The translations under genes and the position numbers were made by a program. The notes under the pieces were generated by a model that was not told where the DNA came from, made no database searches, and was given only the letters and a program-made list of their open reading frames with translations. This document shows, piece after piece, positions 17,243 to 27,235 of a DNA stretch of 64,000 nt (position 1 is its first letter; each line of letters starts with the position of its first letter). The stretch is taken from contig CAXXUK010000002.1 in the NCBI GenBank assembly GCA_963665125.2, positions 992,001 to 1,056,000 on the forward strand. The letters are read 5' to 3'. The DNA comes from an uncultured Desulfarculus sp. (GTDB lineage: Bacteria > Desulfobacterota > Desulfarculia > Desulfarculales > Desulfarculaceae).

Positions 17243-18478
17243 TCAAGCCTCTGGCTGCGGCGCAACTGCGGCCCCGTCGCCATTTGCCTCAACCCCGATT
17301 TGCTTCAACACGGCATTAAGCAGCATCCGCGCCTCATCGAACTCCGGATTGATCTCCAGGGCGTTGGTCAACACCTCCGAAGCGAGCTGCTTTTCGCCCA
17401 TCTCCCAATGGCAGCGGGCCATGTTGTACATCAGGTTTTCGTCTTTGGGGTGGAAGGCCAGGGCCTTTTTATAGAGGTTCAGGGCCATGTCCATCTTGCC
17501 CTGCTTGCGGTGGGCTATGCCCAGGCGGTTGTAGACATGGGCCAGGCTGGGGTCCATTTCCAGGGCTTTTTGGTAAAACTCCTCGCTTTCGGCGTAGTGG
17601 CCCTCTTTGGCCAGGGCGTCACCGACCTGGGTGGCCATGCCGGTGTCGTCGGGCACCTGGTCGGTGGCGTCCCGGAAGTGGCCCAGGGCCTGTTGCAGGT
17701 TCTTGAGCTGGAGTTCGATTTCGCCCATGTAATAAAACAGGCTGGCTTTGGTGAAACCGCCTTCCTTGATGCGGTCGGCGGCCTTGAGGGCGGCCTTCAC
17801 CACCTTGAGGGCGTCTTCCAACTCGCTTAGCTGGCGGTAGACCATGGCCAATTCGAGATATGCCTTCAGGTGGTCCGGATTGGCCCGCAGGACCGCGAAA
17901 AAGCTCTTGATGGCCTCGTCCGACTTGCCCAGCTTGCGCAGAACCCGGCCCAGGGCCATCAGGGCGGTTTCGTCTTCCTTTAGCCCCAGGGCCTCGCGGT
18001 AGGCTTCCTCAGCTTCGGGCAGGTCTTTTTTGCGCTCGGCCTTGCGGGCGAGGTCCATCTGCTCCATGAACCGCTCTTCGGTCTCGTCGATTTGGTCGGC
18101 CAGCAGTTCTGTGACGGTGTCCTGTAGCTTTTTGGCATTCAGCGGGTGGTTCAACACGGCGTTGGCCCCGGCCTTGAGCCCGGTTGTCTCCATCTGCTTG
18201 TCGCGTTGCTCGGCGATCAATACAACCGGAACCTCTTTGAGGTCATCGCGGCGGCGGACCATCTCCACCAGTTGCAGGCCGCTTATGGGCTGCATCTTCC
18301 AGCCGGTGATGATCAGGCTGACGGTCTTGTCCTTGAGCTTGAGCATGGCCTCGTCGACGCCCACCGCTGTCCATATCCTGTAGAATTTGAAGGTCTCCAG
18401 GTAAGATTCAAGGGTGTCCAGGGCCATCTTGTTGCCCTCGACCAACAGCACATGCATTTTCTGATATGATAGCTTCAC
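17243..18478 (-). CDS. Receiver-domain + TPR protein (atypical receiver)
   Basis: N-terminal REC fold (LLVEGN...LIITGWKMQPISGLQLV) then multiple TPRs (YNRLGIAHRKQGK). Confidence 0.85.
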   Translation of the reverse strand: MKLSYQKMHVLLVEGNKMALDTLESYLETFKFYRIWTAVGVDEAMLKLKDKTVSLIITGWKMQPISGLQLVEMVRRRDDLKEVPVVLIAEQRDKQMETTGLKAGANAVLNHPLNAKKLQDTVTELLADQIDETEERFMEQMDLARKAERKKDLPEAEEAYREALGLKEDETALMALGRVLRKLGKSDEAIKSFFAVLRANPDHLKAYLELAMVYRQLSELEDALKVVKAALKAADRIKEGGFTKASLFYYMGEIELQLKNLQQALGHFRDATDQVPDDTGMATQVGDALAKEGHYAESEEFYQKALEMDPSLAHVYNRLGIAHRKQGKMDMALNLYKKALAFHPKDENLMYNMARCHWEMGEKQLASEVLTNALEINPEFDEARMLLNAVLKQIGVEANGDGAAVAPQPEA

Positions 18479-18645
18479 TCTCGGACCCCGTGGATGTATT
18501 GTTTGACCGGTTTATAATACACGTCTCGGGTGAAGCATTGAAGCCCTAGTTTGACCCTGAGGCATGCGTAGTATAAAACAGCGTTGGTGACGGGAGGTGC
18601 GGCGGCGAGCGCGCCGTCCGGGAAAGTGTTTTCCGGAGGAAAACC

Positions 18646-19683
18646 ATGAAACAGGCTGAACTTTGGGACAAGCTGGACGGCGACAAGGTCCGCTGCCGTT
18701 TGTGCGCCCACGGCTGCGTCATAGGCCCGGAAAAGCGGGGTTTGTGCCAGGTCCGCGAAAACAAGGGCGGCGTGCTCTACAGCCTGGTCTGGGGCCGTCC
18801 CGTGGCCGCCAACGCCGACCCCATCGAGAAAAAGCCCCTGTACCACTTCCTGCCCGGCAGCCGCTCGTTTTCCATAGCCACCGTGGGCTGCAACTTCCGT
18901 TGCGCCTTTTGCCAGAACTGGCAGATAAGCCAGCAGCAGCTCGAAGACGGCGGGCCCATACCGGGCGGCGGCGCCGGCGGCTTGGTGCAGCCCAAGGACA
19001 TCGTGGATGAGGCCGTGGCGTCGGGATGCGCGTCGATCGCCTACACCTACACCGAACCGACGATATATTTCGAATACGCCAGGGACTGCATGAAGCTGGC
19101 CGTGGAGGCCGGGCTCAAGAATGTATTCGTGACCAACGGCTATGAATCGGCCGACTGCGTGGAGGCCTGCAAGAGCCTTTTGCACGCGGCCAACGTGGAC
19201 CTCAAGGCCTTTAACGACGATTTCTACAAGACCGAGTGCAAGGCCCGGCTGCAACCCGTGCTGGACACGTTAAAGCGCATGCACGAGGCCGGAATCTGGC
19301 TGGAGGTGACGACCCTGCTCATACCGGGCCGCAACGACGACCCGGCGGAGCTGGCCGGTCTGGCCGGATTCATCGCCGATGAGCTTTCGGTGGATACGCC
19401 GTGGCATATCAGCGCCTACATGCCCCGGTACAAGTACAGCGACGGCGGTCCGGCCCCGACACCGGTGGCAGCATTGGGCAGGGCCCTGGCCATCGGCCGC
19501 AAGGCCGGGCTGCGTTATGTGTACACGGGTAATGTGCCGGGACACGAAAGCGGCGACACCCGCTGCCCGCAATGTAACGACGTCGTGATCCGGCGGCAGG
19601 GCTATTACGTGGGCCGCAGCAGCCTCGAGAACGGCAAATGCCCCAATTGCGGCGCAGTCGTGCCCGGGGTGTGGCGCCTATGA
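18646..19683 (+). CDS. amrS: AmmeMemoRadiSam system radical SAM enzyme
   Basis: C.LCAHGC.I...GLCQVREN, DPIEKKPLYHF, CNFRCAFC, YTYTEP. Confidence 0.9.
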   Translation: MKQAELWDKLDGDKVRCRLCAHGCVIGPEKRGLCQVRENKGGVLYSLVWGRPVAANADPIEKKPLYHFLPGSRSFSIATVGCNFRCAFCQNWQISQQQLEDGGPIPGGGAGGLVQPKDIVDEAVASGCASIAYTYTEPTIYFEYARDCMKLAVEAGLKNVFVTNGYESADCVEACKSLLHAANVDLKAFNDDFYKTECKARLQPVLDTLKRMHEAGIWLEVTTLLIPGRNDDPAELAGLAGFIADELSVDTPWHISAYMPRYKYSDGGPAPTPVAALGRALAIGRKAGLRYVYTGNVPGHESGDTRCPQCNDVVIRRQGYYVGRSSLENGKCPNCGAVVPGVWRL

Positions 19684-20408
19684 GTGAAAACGCCCATCCC
19701 GGCGCGGGGCACCGCCAACGCCTGCGGGAGCGCTTCCTGGAGCACGGCCTGGAGAGCTTCACCGACGACCAGGTGCTTGAGTTGTTGTTGACCCTGGCCA
19801 CTCCGCGCCAGGACTGCAAGCTGAGGGCCAGGGCCCTGTTGGCCGAGTTCGGCAGCCTGGCGGGCGTATTGGACGCCCAGGCGCCGCTTTTGGCCAAGAT
19901 CAAAGGCATAGGGCCCAAAAATATCCTGGGCCTCAAGCTGATACCGGCGGTGGCCCGGCGCTATTTGGAAGACCGGCTAAAGCGGGAAGACAGGATATAC
20001 GACGCCCGCCAGGCCGCCGAACATTTGCACATGTCCATGCGGCCCCTGCGGCGGGAGGTGTTCCGGGTGATGCTGTTGGACGCCCACCGCCGGATGATCG
20101 AGGAAAACGACGTTTTCAGCGGCACCTTGACCACATCGGCGGTGTATCCCCGGGAGGTCGTCGCGGCCGCCCTTTCGGCCGGGGCCGCGGCAATCGTCTG
20201 CGCCCACAACCACCCCAGCGGCGAGGCACGGCCCAGCCGCGACGACGAGGCCATAACACGGCAGCTCTATTACGCCTGCCGGGGCGTGGGCGTGGAACTG
20301 ATGGACCACGTCATAGTGGCCGGAGATAAAATCTACAGCTTTGCCTCCGAGGGCAGGCTGACCAATCTCGCCTATGAATACGAGGCGCTGGCTTTGGAGG
20401 CTAATTGA
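19680..20408 (+). CDS. radC: RadC (JAB domain) protein
   Basis: GHRQRLRERF, HhH GIGPK, VYPREV, HNHPSG..PS.DD, DHVIV. Confidence 0.92.
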   Translation: MSENAHPGAGHRQRLRERFLEHGLESFTDDQVLELLLTLATPRQDCKLRARALLAEFGSLAGVLDAQAPLLAKIKGIGPKNILGLKLIPAVARRYLEDRLKREDRIYDARQAAEHLHMSMRPLRREVFRVMLLDAHRRMIEENDVFSGTLTTSAVYPREVVAAALSAGAAAIVCAHNHPSGEARPSRDDEAITRQLYYACRGVGVELMDHVIVAGDKIYSFASEGRLTNLAYEYEALALEAN

Positions 20409-21109
20409 TCATGGAACCCAGGGACCGCCTGATTTTCGCCCTTGATGTGGACACCGTGGAAAAGGCCGTTGAGTTGGTGAGCATGCTCAAGGACGACGTT
20501 GGCGTGTTCAAGATCGGCCTGGAACTGTTCACGGCCCAGGGGCCAAAGGTCGTGGAGGCCGTGCGCCAGGCCGGAGCCCGGCAGATATTTTTGGATCTCA
20601 AGCTCCACGACATTCCGGCCACCATGCGCTCGGCGGCTAAGGCGGCCAGCGGCGTTGGCGTGGACCTGCTGACCTGCCATTGCGACCAGGCCGCGATATT
20701 TGAGGGCGTCGATCTGGGTTCAACCAAGCTGTTGGGCATAACCGTGCTGACCAGCCTGGGCTCTGAGGACCTGGCTGCCATGGGCTACCCTGCGGAGCTG
20801 CAAGACCCCGCCCAACTGGTCAAACGAAGGGCAAGGCTGGCCCTGGCCGCGGGATGCGCCGGTGTGGTCTGCTCGGGCCGCGAGGCCGCCGATGTGCGGG
20901 CCGTGTTGGGACCGGAGGCCCTGATCGTCTGCCCCGGCATCCGTCTGGCCAGCGGCGATGTCCACGACCAGAAAAGGGTGGTCACTCCGGCCATTGCCGT
21001 GCAATCAGGCGCCAGCCACATCGTGGTTGGCCGGCCCATCCGCCAAGCGCCGAGTCCTGCCGAGGCGGCCGCCGAAATCGTTGCCCAGATGGCCTCGGTA
21101 TTGTGTTGA
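20405..21109 (+). CDS. pyrF: Orotidine-5'-phosphate decarboxylase
   Basis: LIFALD, KIGLELF, DLKLHDIPAT, PGIR, VVGRPI. Confidence 0.95.
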   Translation: MIMEPRDRLIFALDVDTVEKAVELVSMLKDDVGVFKIGLELFTAQGPKVVEAVRQAGARQIFLDLKLHDIPATMRSAAKAASGVGVDLLTCHCDQAAIFEGVDLGSTKLLGITVLTSLGSEDLAAMGYPAELQDPAQLVKRRARLALAAGCAGVVCSGREAADVRAVLGPEALIVCPGIRLASGDVHDQKRVVTPAIAVQSGASHIVVGRPIRQAPSPAEAAAEIVAQMASVLC

Positions 21110-21169
21110 TATCTTACGTAATTTCTTATTTGTGCCCAAGTAGGCACATGTGATAAATTGTGTCCGGTC

Positions 21170-21258
21170 AGTATGAAAGGGCAAACCCGCCGAAAGGCGG
21201 GGGCGCAAAGTCACCGGCCTAAAGCCCCGTGGGGGCCAGGGCGGCGGGACTGCCAAGA
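21170..21258 (+). ncRNA. Cyclic di-GMP-I (GEMM) riboswitch
   Basis: GGGCAAACCCGCC-GAAA-GGCGGGGGCGCAAAGTCACCGGCCTAAA...GCGGGACTGCC; GNRA tetraloop and receptor-like motif. Confidence 0.85.
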
Positions 21259-21332
21259 CAGACCGGAGCCTTTCCCGAATCTCCGCGTCTTCCTGGTTAA
21301 TTTTATCCAAATCACTTTGTCGACGGATTGCC

Positions 21333-21791
21333 ATGGACGTCAGGTATGTCAATCCCTTTCTGCGGGGAGCAGTGGAGGTGCTGGGCACCATGGCCGGAAT
21401 CAGCCTGGAGCCGGGCAAGCCATACATTAAAAACAGGGGCGAGGCTGAAGGCGATATCAGCGGTCTGATCGCAATCAACGGAGAGGCCCAGGGCTCTTTG
21501 TCCGTAACTTTTCATTTCAGCCTGATCCAGGCGGTGATCCGGGGGATGCTGGGTGATGAAGTCACCGAGGTGGGAACCGAGGTCAGGGATGCGGTTGGCG
21601 AACTGACCAACATGATATCGGGCGCGGCCAGGCGCAGCCTGGGCGAGGACGGCCTGAGTCTGAGCGCCGGTATTCCCAGGGTAATCGATGGTCCGGCCCA
21701 TAAAATCGCCCATCTTTGCCGGGGCCCGGTCTTGGCCATTCCTTTTTCCAGTGAATACGGCTATATGGTCGTGGAAGTGTCTCTGCAATAA
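21333..21791 (+). CDS. cheX: Chemotaxis phosphatase CheX
   Basis: YVNPFL, GDISGLI, DAVGELTNMISG. Confidence 0.88.
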   Translation: MDVRYVNPFLRGAVEVLGTMAGISLEPGKPYIKNRGEAEGDISGLIAINGEAQGSLSVTFHFSLIQAVIRGMLGDEVTEVGTEVRDAVGELTNMISGAARRSLGEDGLSLSAGIPRVIDGPAHKIAHLCRGPVLAIPFSSEYGYMVVEVSLQ

Positions 21792-21834
21792 CCATCCGTG
21801 CTGCTTGCCAAGCAGGTGAAAAACCGGTAAATTT

Positions 21835-21994
21835 CTAGCAGTTTGTTGAGAAAGCCCATCCTGGCCTTTCTCAACGGTTGGTTGGCAAAGGCGTGGTTTT
21901 GCCAACTAACTCAATTTGCTGGTTTTTATAAAACCGCGCAAATTGGCGGATCCTTTTGGGCCCGCCCAGCAGGCTGTTGATAACACCCTGCTAG
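21835..21994 (+). mobile_element. 160-bp multi-hairpin MITE-like element, copy A
   Basis: CTAG at both ends, imperfect terminal IR (CTAGCAGTTTGTT / AACACCCTGCTAG); homologous to 35542-35702 in inverted orientation. Confidence 0.7.
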
Positions 21995-22087
21995 TGCAAT
22001 GCAATGGCTCGGGCCATCTGGCGCATGGACGCCGGTGGCGGGTGGCTGGTACAATATCAGCCATTGTGAAGAAAACAGGGGAGAGCC

Positions 22088-22468
22088 ATGGCTGATGTCA
22101 TCGACCTTAGCCGGCGTAATCAAAGCAAGGAACGCCGGATTCAGGAAGGCCGCAACCGCCGCAAGGCGGAAGCAGTGGCATCGGCCATGTCCTGTGGCAT
22201 GTGTCCTCGCAAGTGCGCGTTTTGTGGCCAGGCCATAGAATACCCCGAGCCCCCTTTGAACAAGGTTCCCTATCCGTTATGTGAATGCTGCCGTGAAGAG
22301 GCGCAGGCGTTTTTACGCCACGAAGAGGGGCTCAAGGACGATAATACATTTTGGCAGACCGAGCAGTGGGCCCATTTGTGGCGTTCGTGGCTGGCGCATA
22401 TGGATGCCCTGGGGCAGTTTCGCAACTCCAGGGAATTTCTGAGATTGATGCAGGAATACAGCCAGTAG
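22088..22468 (+). CDS. Hypothetical Cys-rich (CxxC x3) protein
   Basis: CGMC, CAFC, CECC; GGAG RBS. Confidence 0.7.
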   Translation: MADVIDLSRRNQSKERRIQEGRNRRKAEAVASAMSCGMCPRKCAFCGQAIEYPEPPLNKVPYPLCECCREEAQAFLRHEEGLKDDNTFWQTEQWAHLWRSWLAHMDALGQFRNSREFLRLMQEYSQ

Positions 22469-22512
22469 TATTTCGGCCCGCAAAAAATGCTCCAATTGAG
22501 GGAGGATAATAA

Positions 22513-22731
22513 ATGATCGGCGGTGGTATCGGACATTTTGAATGGTTGATTATCCTGGTCATTGTGCTGATTATCTTTGGCGCGGGCAAACTGCCCTCGG
22601 TGGGCGGCAACCTGGGTAAGGCCATCAAAAACTTCCGCAGCGGCGTAAAGGAAGAAAAGGTGGAAGGCTCCCAGCCCCAGCAGGAGATAGAAGACACGGC
22701 CTCCAAGGAGAAAGAGGAGGTCAAGGTCTGA
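22513..22731 (+). CDS. tatA: Twin-arginine translocase TatA/TatE
   Basis: [23 protein letters not shown]. Confidence 0.92.
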   Translation: MIGGGIGHFEWLIILVIVLIIFGAGKLPSVGGNLGKAIKNFRSGVKEEKVEGSQPQQEIEDTASKEKEEVKV

Positions 22732-22967
22732 CCGGGACCAACCGCTATGAGGCGTTTGTTTGACGATCGCATCGCGCCGCCCGACTATGGCGGCGCTTTC
22801 ATTTACAAAAAAAGCGACCGTTGAATGAATGCCCGCACTATTGGCCTGGATGGTTTATTATCTTTAATTATTGGCCTCAAACTATTGACGCACTTTGGCG
22901 GTGGGTGGTAAATAAGGCACAGCCGCCGGGAGGTGGCGAGGCCTGCCTCCAAATGGTGGTTTTTTAT

Positions 22968-23053
22968 GGAGGGATGGCCGAGTGGTCGAAGGCGGCGGTC
23001 TTGAAAACCGTTGAACGAAAGTTCCGTGGGTTCGAATCCTACTCCCTCCGCCA
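22968..23053 (+). tRNA. tRNA-Ser(TGA)
   Basis: GGAGGGA/TCCCTCC acceptor, GCGGT-CTTGAAA-ACCGT anticodon arm, long variable arm, GTTCGAATC, CCA. Confidence 0.96.
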
Positions 23054-23100
23054 ATTTTTGACCCGAAAAACGGGGCTGTTGCGTGCCCCGAAAATACCGC

Positions 23101-23194
<94 letters not shown>

Positions 23195-23206
23195 AAGTTG
23201 AATCCA

Positions 23207-23242
23207 AACGGTCCGGGCACCATAGCCTGGGCCGTTTTTTTT
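23207..23242 (+). terminator. Terminator of the tRNA operon
   Basis: ACGGTCCGGGC...GCCTGGGCCGT + T run. Confidence 0.7.
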
Positions 23243-23268
23243 ATGCACCGGCTCGAAAGGCGGACGCC

Positions 23269-25131
23269 GTGTTTTTTGCCCAGATAATTGCCTTCATCCT
23301 GGTCATGGTCCTGTTCGAGGCCTATCAGCCCGGCAAACCCACCCTCGGCCTGGCCGATTCGCTGATGGGCTGCGCGGCCCTGCTGATCCTGTTCTGGGCT
23401 CTGGCCCGGGTGATGGTGCGGGCCTTTCTGGGCCGGGTGGCTTCCGACCGACCCCAGGCCGATCCGGCCCGCTCGGCCAAACGCCTGGAGGGTCTGCTGC
23501 ACGGCCTGGCCATCGTCTGTTTCGTGGCCATGGTCATGCCCCTGGACCTCAAGGCGCATCTGGTGCAGTGGCCTCCGGTTACCCGCTGGCAGAGCCTGTC
23601 CGGGCTTTGCGCGGCCCTGCTCTACCTTGCCAACCTGCTGGTGGTCTGGTGGTCCATGCATCCGGTGGAGCGGCGGGTCTTCCTGCGGCGCATCGATGCC
23701 TGGCCATATGTCTTGGGCCAGGCCCGCTTCGTGGCCCCCGTGGTGTTTCCCTGGTTCATCGCCGTTATCCTGCGCGACGCCTTGGCCGCGCTGTGGCCCT
23801 CGGCCGACGCCTGGCTGGAGACGAGCCTGGGCGACCTGTTTTTCCTGGCCGTATTCCTGTTGCTCATATCGCTGTTGTTTCCGCCCCTGGTGCGGCGCTG
23901 GTGGAATTGCCGGCCCATACCGTCCGGCCGGACCAGACACGTGGCCCAGACCGTGTTGGACCATGTGGGCGTGCGGGTGGCCGAGATCGTGGACTGGCCC
24001 ATCCTGGAGGGCAGGGTGCTCACCGCCGGGGTGCTGGGCCTGGCGCCCCGGTTGCGCTATCTGCTGATCACCGAGGCCTTGGCCGAGTCGCTGACCGAAG
24101 AGCAGATGGCCGCCGTGGTGGCTCACGAGGCCGGGCACGTCAAACACTGGCACGTGTTTTTATATTTACTGTTTTTCATGGGCTTTTTTGTCATCGTTTT
24201 TGCCATGTCCGGGCCCCTGAGCCTGGGCCTGGGCGGACTGTTGTATCTGCTTTCGGGAACCGAGTGGGGCATCGCCGCCCTCAGCGCCCCGGCGGACCAG
24301 GCCAGCGCCCTGGGCCTGTTGACCTCGCTGCCCATGGTTATTTTTTTGGCGGTGTACCTGCGTTTCGGCATGGGCTTTTTCATGCGCCATTTCGAGCGCC
24401 AGGCCGATCTTTTTTCCGTGCGGGTAGTCGGTGGCGCCCAGCCCCTGATCGGCGCTCTGGAGCGCATCTCGTACCTCTCAGGCAATATCCGCGACGTACC
24501 GTCGTGGCACCACTTCTCCGTGGCCCAGCGGGTGGAGGCCATGCGCCGGGCCGAGAGCGACAGCGGCTACATCCGCCAGCACAGCCGGATGCTGCGCCGG
24601 GGCCTGGCCATCTACCTGGCCGTGGTGCTGGTCCTGGTGGGCCTGGGCCTGGGCATCGACTACAGCCCGGCCGGGGAAAACATGCATCGCGCCCTGCTGG
24701 TGCGCCTGCTGGAGGACCGGGCGGCCGCCATGCCCAACAACGCCCGCCTGCGCATGCAATTGGGCGTGCTGCGCTATGAGATGGGCCAGGAGCGTCGGGC
24801 CCTGGCCGACCTGCGCTCGTCCGTGGCCATGAACCCCGGCGACCCCGAGGCCCTCAACAGCCTGGCCTGGCTGTTGGTGACGGCCGAGGATCAGGACCTG
24901 CGCGATCCGGCCAAGGGCCTGGACCTGGCCCAGGAGGCCGTCAAGATCAGCCCCAAGGCCCATATCTGGGACACCCTGGCCGAGGCCTACTTTGTCAACG
25001 GACAGCCCGACAGGGCCGAATCGGCGGCCTGGGCCGCCCTGGAGTCCGGACCAGAGCCCGAGCGGCGGCAATACTTTAAACAGCAGTACCAGCGCTTCAA
25101 GGAGGCGGCGGCAAAAGGCTCCAAGCCGTAA
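23269..25131 (+). CDS. M48-family membrane zinc metalloprotease with C-terminal TPRs
   Basis: AVVAHEAGH, FERQADLFS, multiple TMs, ALNSLAWLL...WDTLAEAY. Confidence 0.88.
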   Translation: MFFAQIIAFILVMVLFEAYQPGKPTLGLADSLMGCAALLILFWALARVMVRAFLGRVASDRPQADPARSAKRLEGLLHGLAIVCFVAMVMPLDLKAHLVQWPPVTRWQSLSGLCAALLYLANLLVVWWSMHPVERRVFLRRIDAWPYVLGQARFVAPVVFPWFIAVILRDALAALWPSADAWLETSLGDLFFLAVFLLLISLLFPPLVRRWWNCRPIPSGRTRHVAQTVLDHVGVRVAEIVDWPILEGRVLTAGVLGLAPRLRYLLITEALAESLTEEQMAAVVAHEAGHVKHWHVFLYLLFFMGFFVIVFAMSGPLSLGLGGLLYLLSGTEWGIAALSAPADQASALGLLTSLPMVIFLAVYLRFGMGFFMRHFERQADLFSVRVVGGAQPLIGALERISYLSGNIRDVPSWHHFSVAQRVEAMRRAESDSGYIRQHSRMLRRGLAIYLAVVLVLVGLGLGIDYSPAGENMHRALLVRLLEDRAAAMPNNARLRMQLGVLRYEMGQERRALADLRSSVAMNPGDPEALNSLAWLLVTAEDQDLRDPAKGLDLAQEAVKISPKAHIWDTLAEAYFVNGQPDRAESAAWAALESGPEPERRQYFKQQYQRFKEAAAKGSKP

Positions 25132-26543
25132 TGCGCTCGCCGGTTGTTATCATCGGTCTGGACTGCGCCGCGCCGGAGCTGTTGTTCGAGCGTTTTATCG
25201 GGCGCCTGCCCAATATCGGCGCCCTGATCGAGCGGGGCCTCCATGGCCCCTTGCGCAGCGTAGACCCGCCCATCACCGTGCCCGCCTGGGCCTGCATGAC
25301 CAGCGGCATGGACCCCGGCCAGCTGGGCCTGTACGGTTTTCGCAACCGCCGCGGATACGGCTATGAGGCGCTAACCACGGCGTCGTCTGCCGATGTCCGC
25401 CATCCCCGGCTTTGGGAAATGGCCCATGCCGCCGGTATGACCTCGGTGGCCCTGGGCGTGCCCCTGACCTGGCCCGCCTCCCCCCTGCGCGGGGCCATGG
25501 TGGCCGGTTTTCCCCTGCCGCCGGGCAAAGATGGCCTGGTGCAGCCCCGCAGCCTGGGGCCCAAGCTGGAGCGCTGGGGGGGCGGGCCGTACATCCCCGA
25601 CGCCGAGGGCTTCCGCAACATTGACAGGGCCCAATTGGCCGAACTGGTCGAGACCATGGTCAAACGGCGCTTTGCCGTGGCCAGGGGCCTGTGGCGGCAG
25701 TACCGGCCCGAGTTCATGATGATGGTGGAGATGGGCCCGGACCGCATGCACCACGCCTTTTGGCGCTATATGGACCCGGAGCACCGCCTGCACGAGCCGA
25801 ACAGCCCCTTTGCCAAGGCCATCGAAGAACACTACGCAGCCCTGGACCGCGAGATCGGCGCTTTATTGGAAATGCTGCCGCCGGAGACCCTGGTGCTCAT
25901 CGTCAGCGACCACGGGGCCCGGCGTATGGAAGGGGCACTGTGCATCAACCAGTGGCTGATCAATAGGGGCCTGCTTGTGCTGAAGGAGCCGCCGGACGAG
26001 CCGAAACGCCTGAGCGCCGGGATGATCGACTGGCCCAAGACCAGGGTCTGGTCCGACGGCGGATATTATGCCCGGATCTTCTGCAACGTGGCCGGACGGG
26101 AGCCCCAAGGCGTGATTCCGCTGGAGGATCTTAACGATTTTCTGGCCAGCCTGCATGCTGAACTGGAGGCCATGCCCGGACCGGACGGCAGCCCCCTGGG
26201 CAACCGGGTGATCGATCCCCGCCGGGCCTATGCGGCCCAGGAAGGCGCGCCCCCGGAGCTGATGCTCTATCCCGGCGATCTGGCTTGGCGGGCCGTGGGC
26301 ACGGTGTGGCCCGGCGACGGCCCCTTGTTCACCTTTGAAAACGACATTGGCCCGGACGACGCCAACCATGCGCCCGACGGCGTGCTCATCGCCGTATTGG
26401 CCGGGGACGGCCCCTTGCCCGGCGCGGGTGGTGTGGTGGAAGACGCCCGGCTGTTGGACGTCTGCCCCAGCGTGTGCGCCTGGCTGGGCCTGGAAATACC
26501 TGACACGACCACGGGGCGGCCCTGGCCCTGGTTGAGCCTGTAG
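25131..26543 (+). CDS. Alkaline phosphatase superfamily / type I phosphodiesterase
   Basis: IIGLDCA, PPITVPAW, DRMHHAFW, VSDHG. Confidence 0.85.
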   Translation: MRSPVVIIGLDCAAPELLFERFIGRLPNIGALIERGLHGPLRSVDPPITVPAWACMTSGMDPGQLGLYGFRNRRGYGYEALTTASSADVRHPRLWEMAHAAGMTSVALGVPLTWPASPLRGAMVAGFPLPPGKDGLVQPRSLGPKLERWGGGPYIPDAEGFRNIDRAQLAELVETMVKRRFAVARGLWRQYRPEFMMMVEMGPDRMHHAFWRYMDPEHRLHEPNSPFAKAIEEHYAALDREIGALLEMLPPETLVLIVSDHGARRMEGALCINQWLINRGLLVLKEPPDEPKRLSAGMIDWPKTRVWSDGGYYARIFCNVAGREPQGVIPLEDLNDFLASLHAELEAMPGPDGSPLGNRVIDPRRAYAAQEGAPPELMLYPGDLAWRAVGTVWPGDGPLFTFENDIGPDDANHAPDGVLIAVLAGDGPLPGAGGVVEDARLLDVCPSVCAWLGLEIPDTTTGRPWPWLSL

Positions 26544-26558
26544 CCGCCCCGCTTACCG

Positions 26559-27224
26559 CTACATATCCTTGGTAGAAAGCAACTCGTCCACGCTCAGCCT
26601 GTCGCTGCGGAAGCTGTTGGCCGGGGCATCCGGGTCGGCATAGCCCACGGCGATGCCGATGAGCAGGTCTTCGTCAGCGGGAATATCCACGTATTTGCGG
26701 ACAATATCCGGGTAGGTGGCCAGGGCGGCCTGGATGCAGGTGGCCAGGCCCAACTCGTGGGCGGCCAGGCTGATCATCGTGGCCATGGCTCCGCCGTCCA
26801 GGATCACGTAGGCCGTCTGGCCCTTGGGCACGGTGACGAACACCAGGCACGGCGCGCCGAATGCGTTGTAGTTGTTGATGTAGTGGGCCATGCGGCCTTC
26901 CTTGTCCTCGCGGCCAAGGCCCATCTTTTCGAACAGGGCCCGGCCCAGGGAGCCGTAGCGGTTCTTCAACTCGCCTTCAAACTTGCCGGGCATTTCCACG
27001 TCCGAATTGCCGGGCAAGCCGCTTTGGATGGCCTGGGCGTTTTCCTGGCGCAGCTTGGCGGCCGTCTCGCCGCCCACGGCGTAGACCTTCCAGGGTTGTG
27101 TGTTGCCCCAGCTGGGGGTGCGGGCGACCACCTCCATGATCTTTTTCATGGTGTCGGCGCTTACCTGTTTGTCGAGGTACTTGCGGCATGAATAGCGGCC
27201 AGTTACCACATCTTTGAATTCCAT
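26559..27224 (-). CDS. Nitroreductase family protein
   Basis: RYSCRKY, TPSWGNTQPW, LGLATC, IAVGY. Confidence 0.9.
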   Translation of the reverse strand: MEFKDVVTGRYSCRKYLDKQVSADTMKKIMEVVARTPSWGNTQPWKVYAVGGETAAKLRQENAQAIQSGLPGNSDVEMPGKFEGELKNRYGSLGRALFEKMGLGREDKEGRMAHYINNYNAFGAPCLVFVTVPKGQTAYVILDGGAMATMISLAAHELGLATCIQAALATYPDIVRKYVDIPADEDLLIGIAVGYADPDAPANSFRSDRLSVDELLSTKDM

Positions 27225-27235
27225 ACGGTTTCTCC

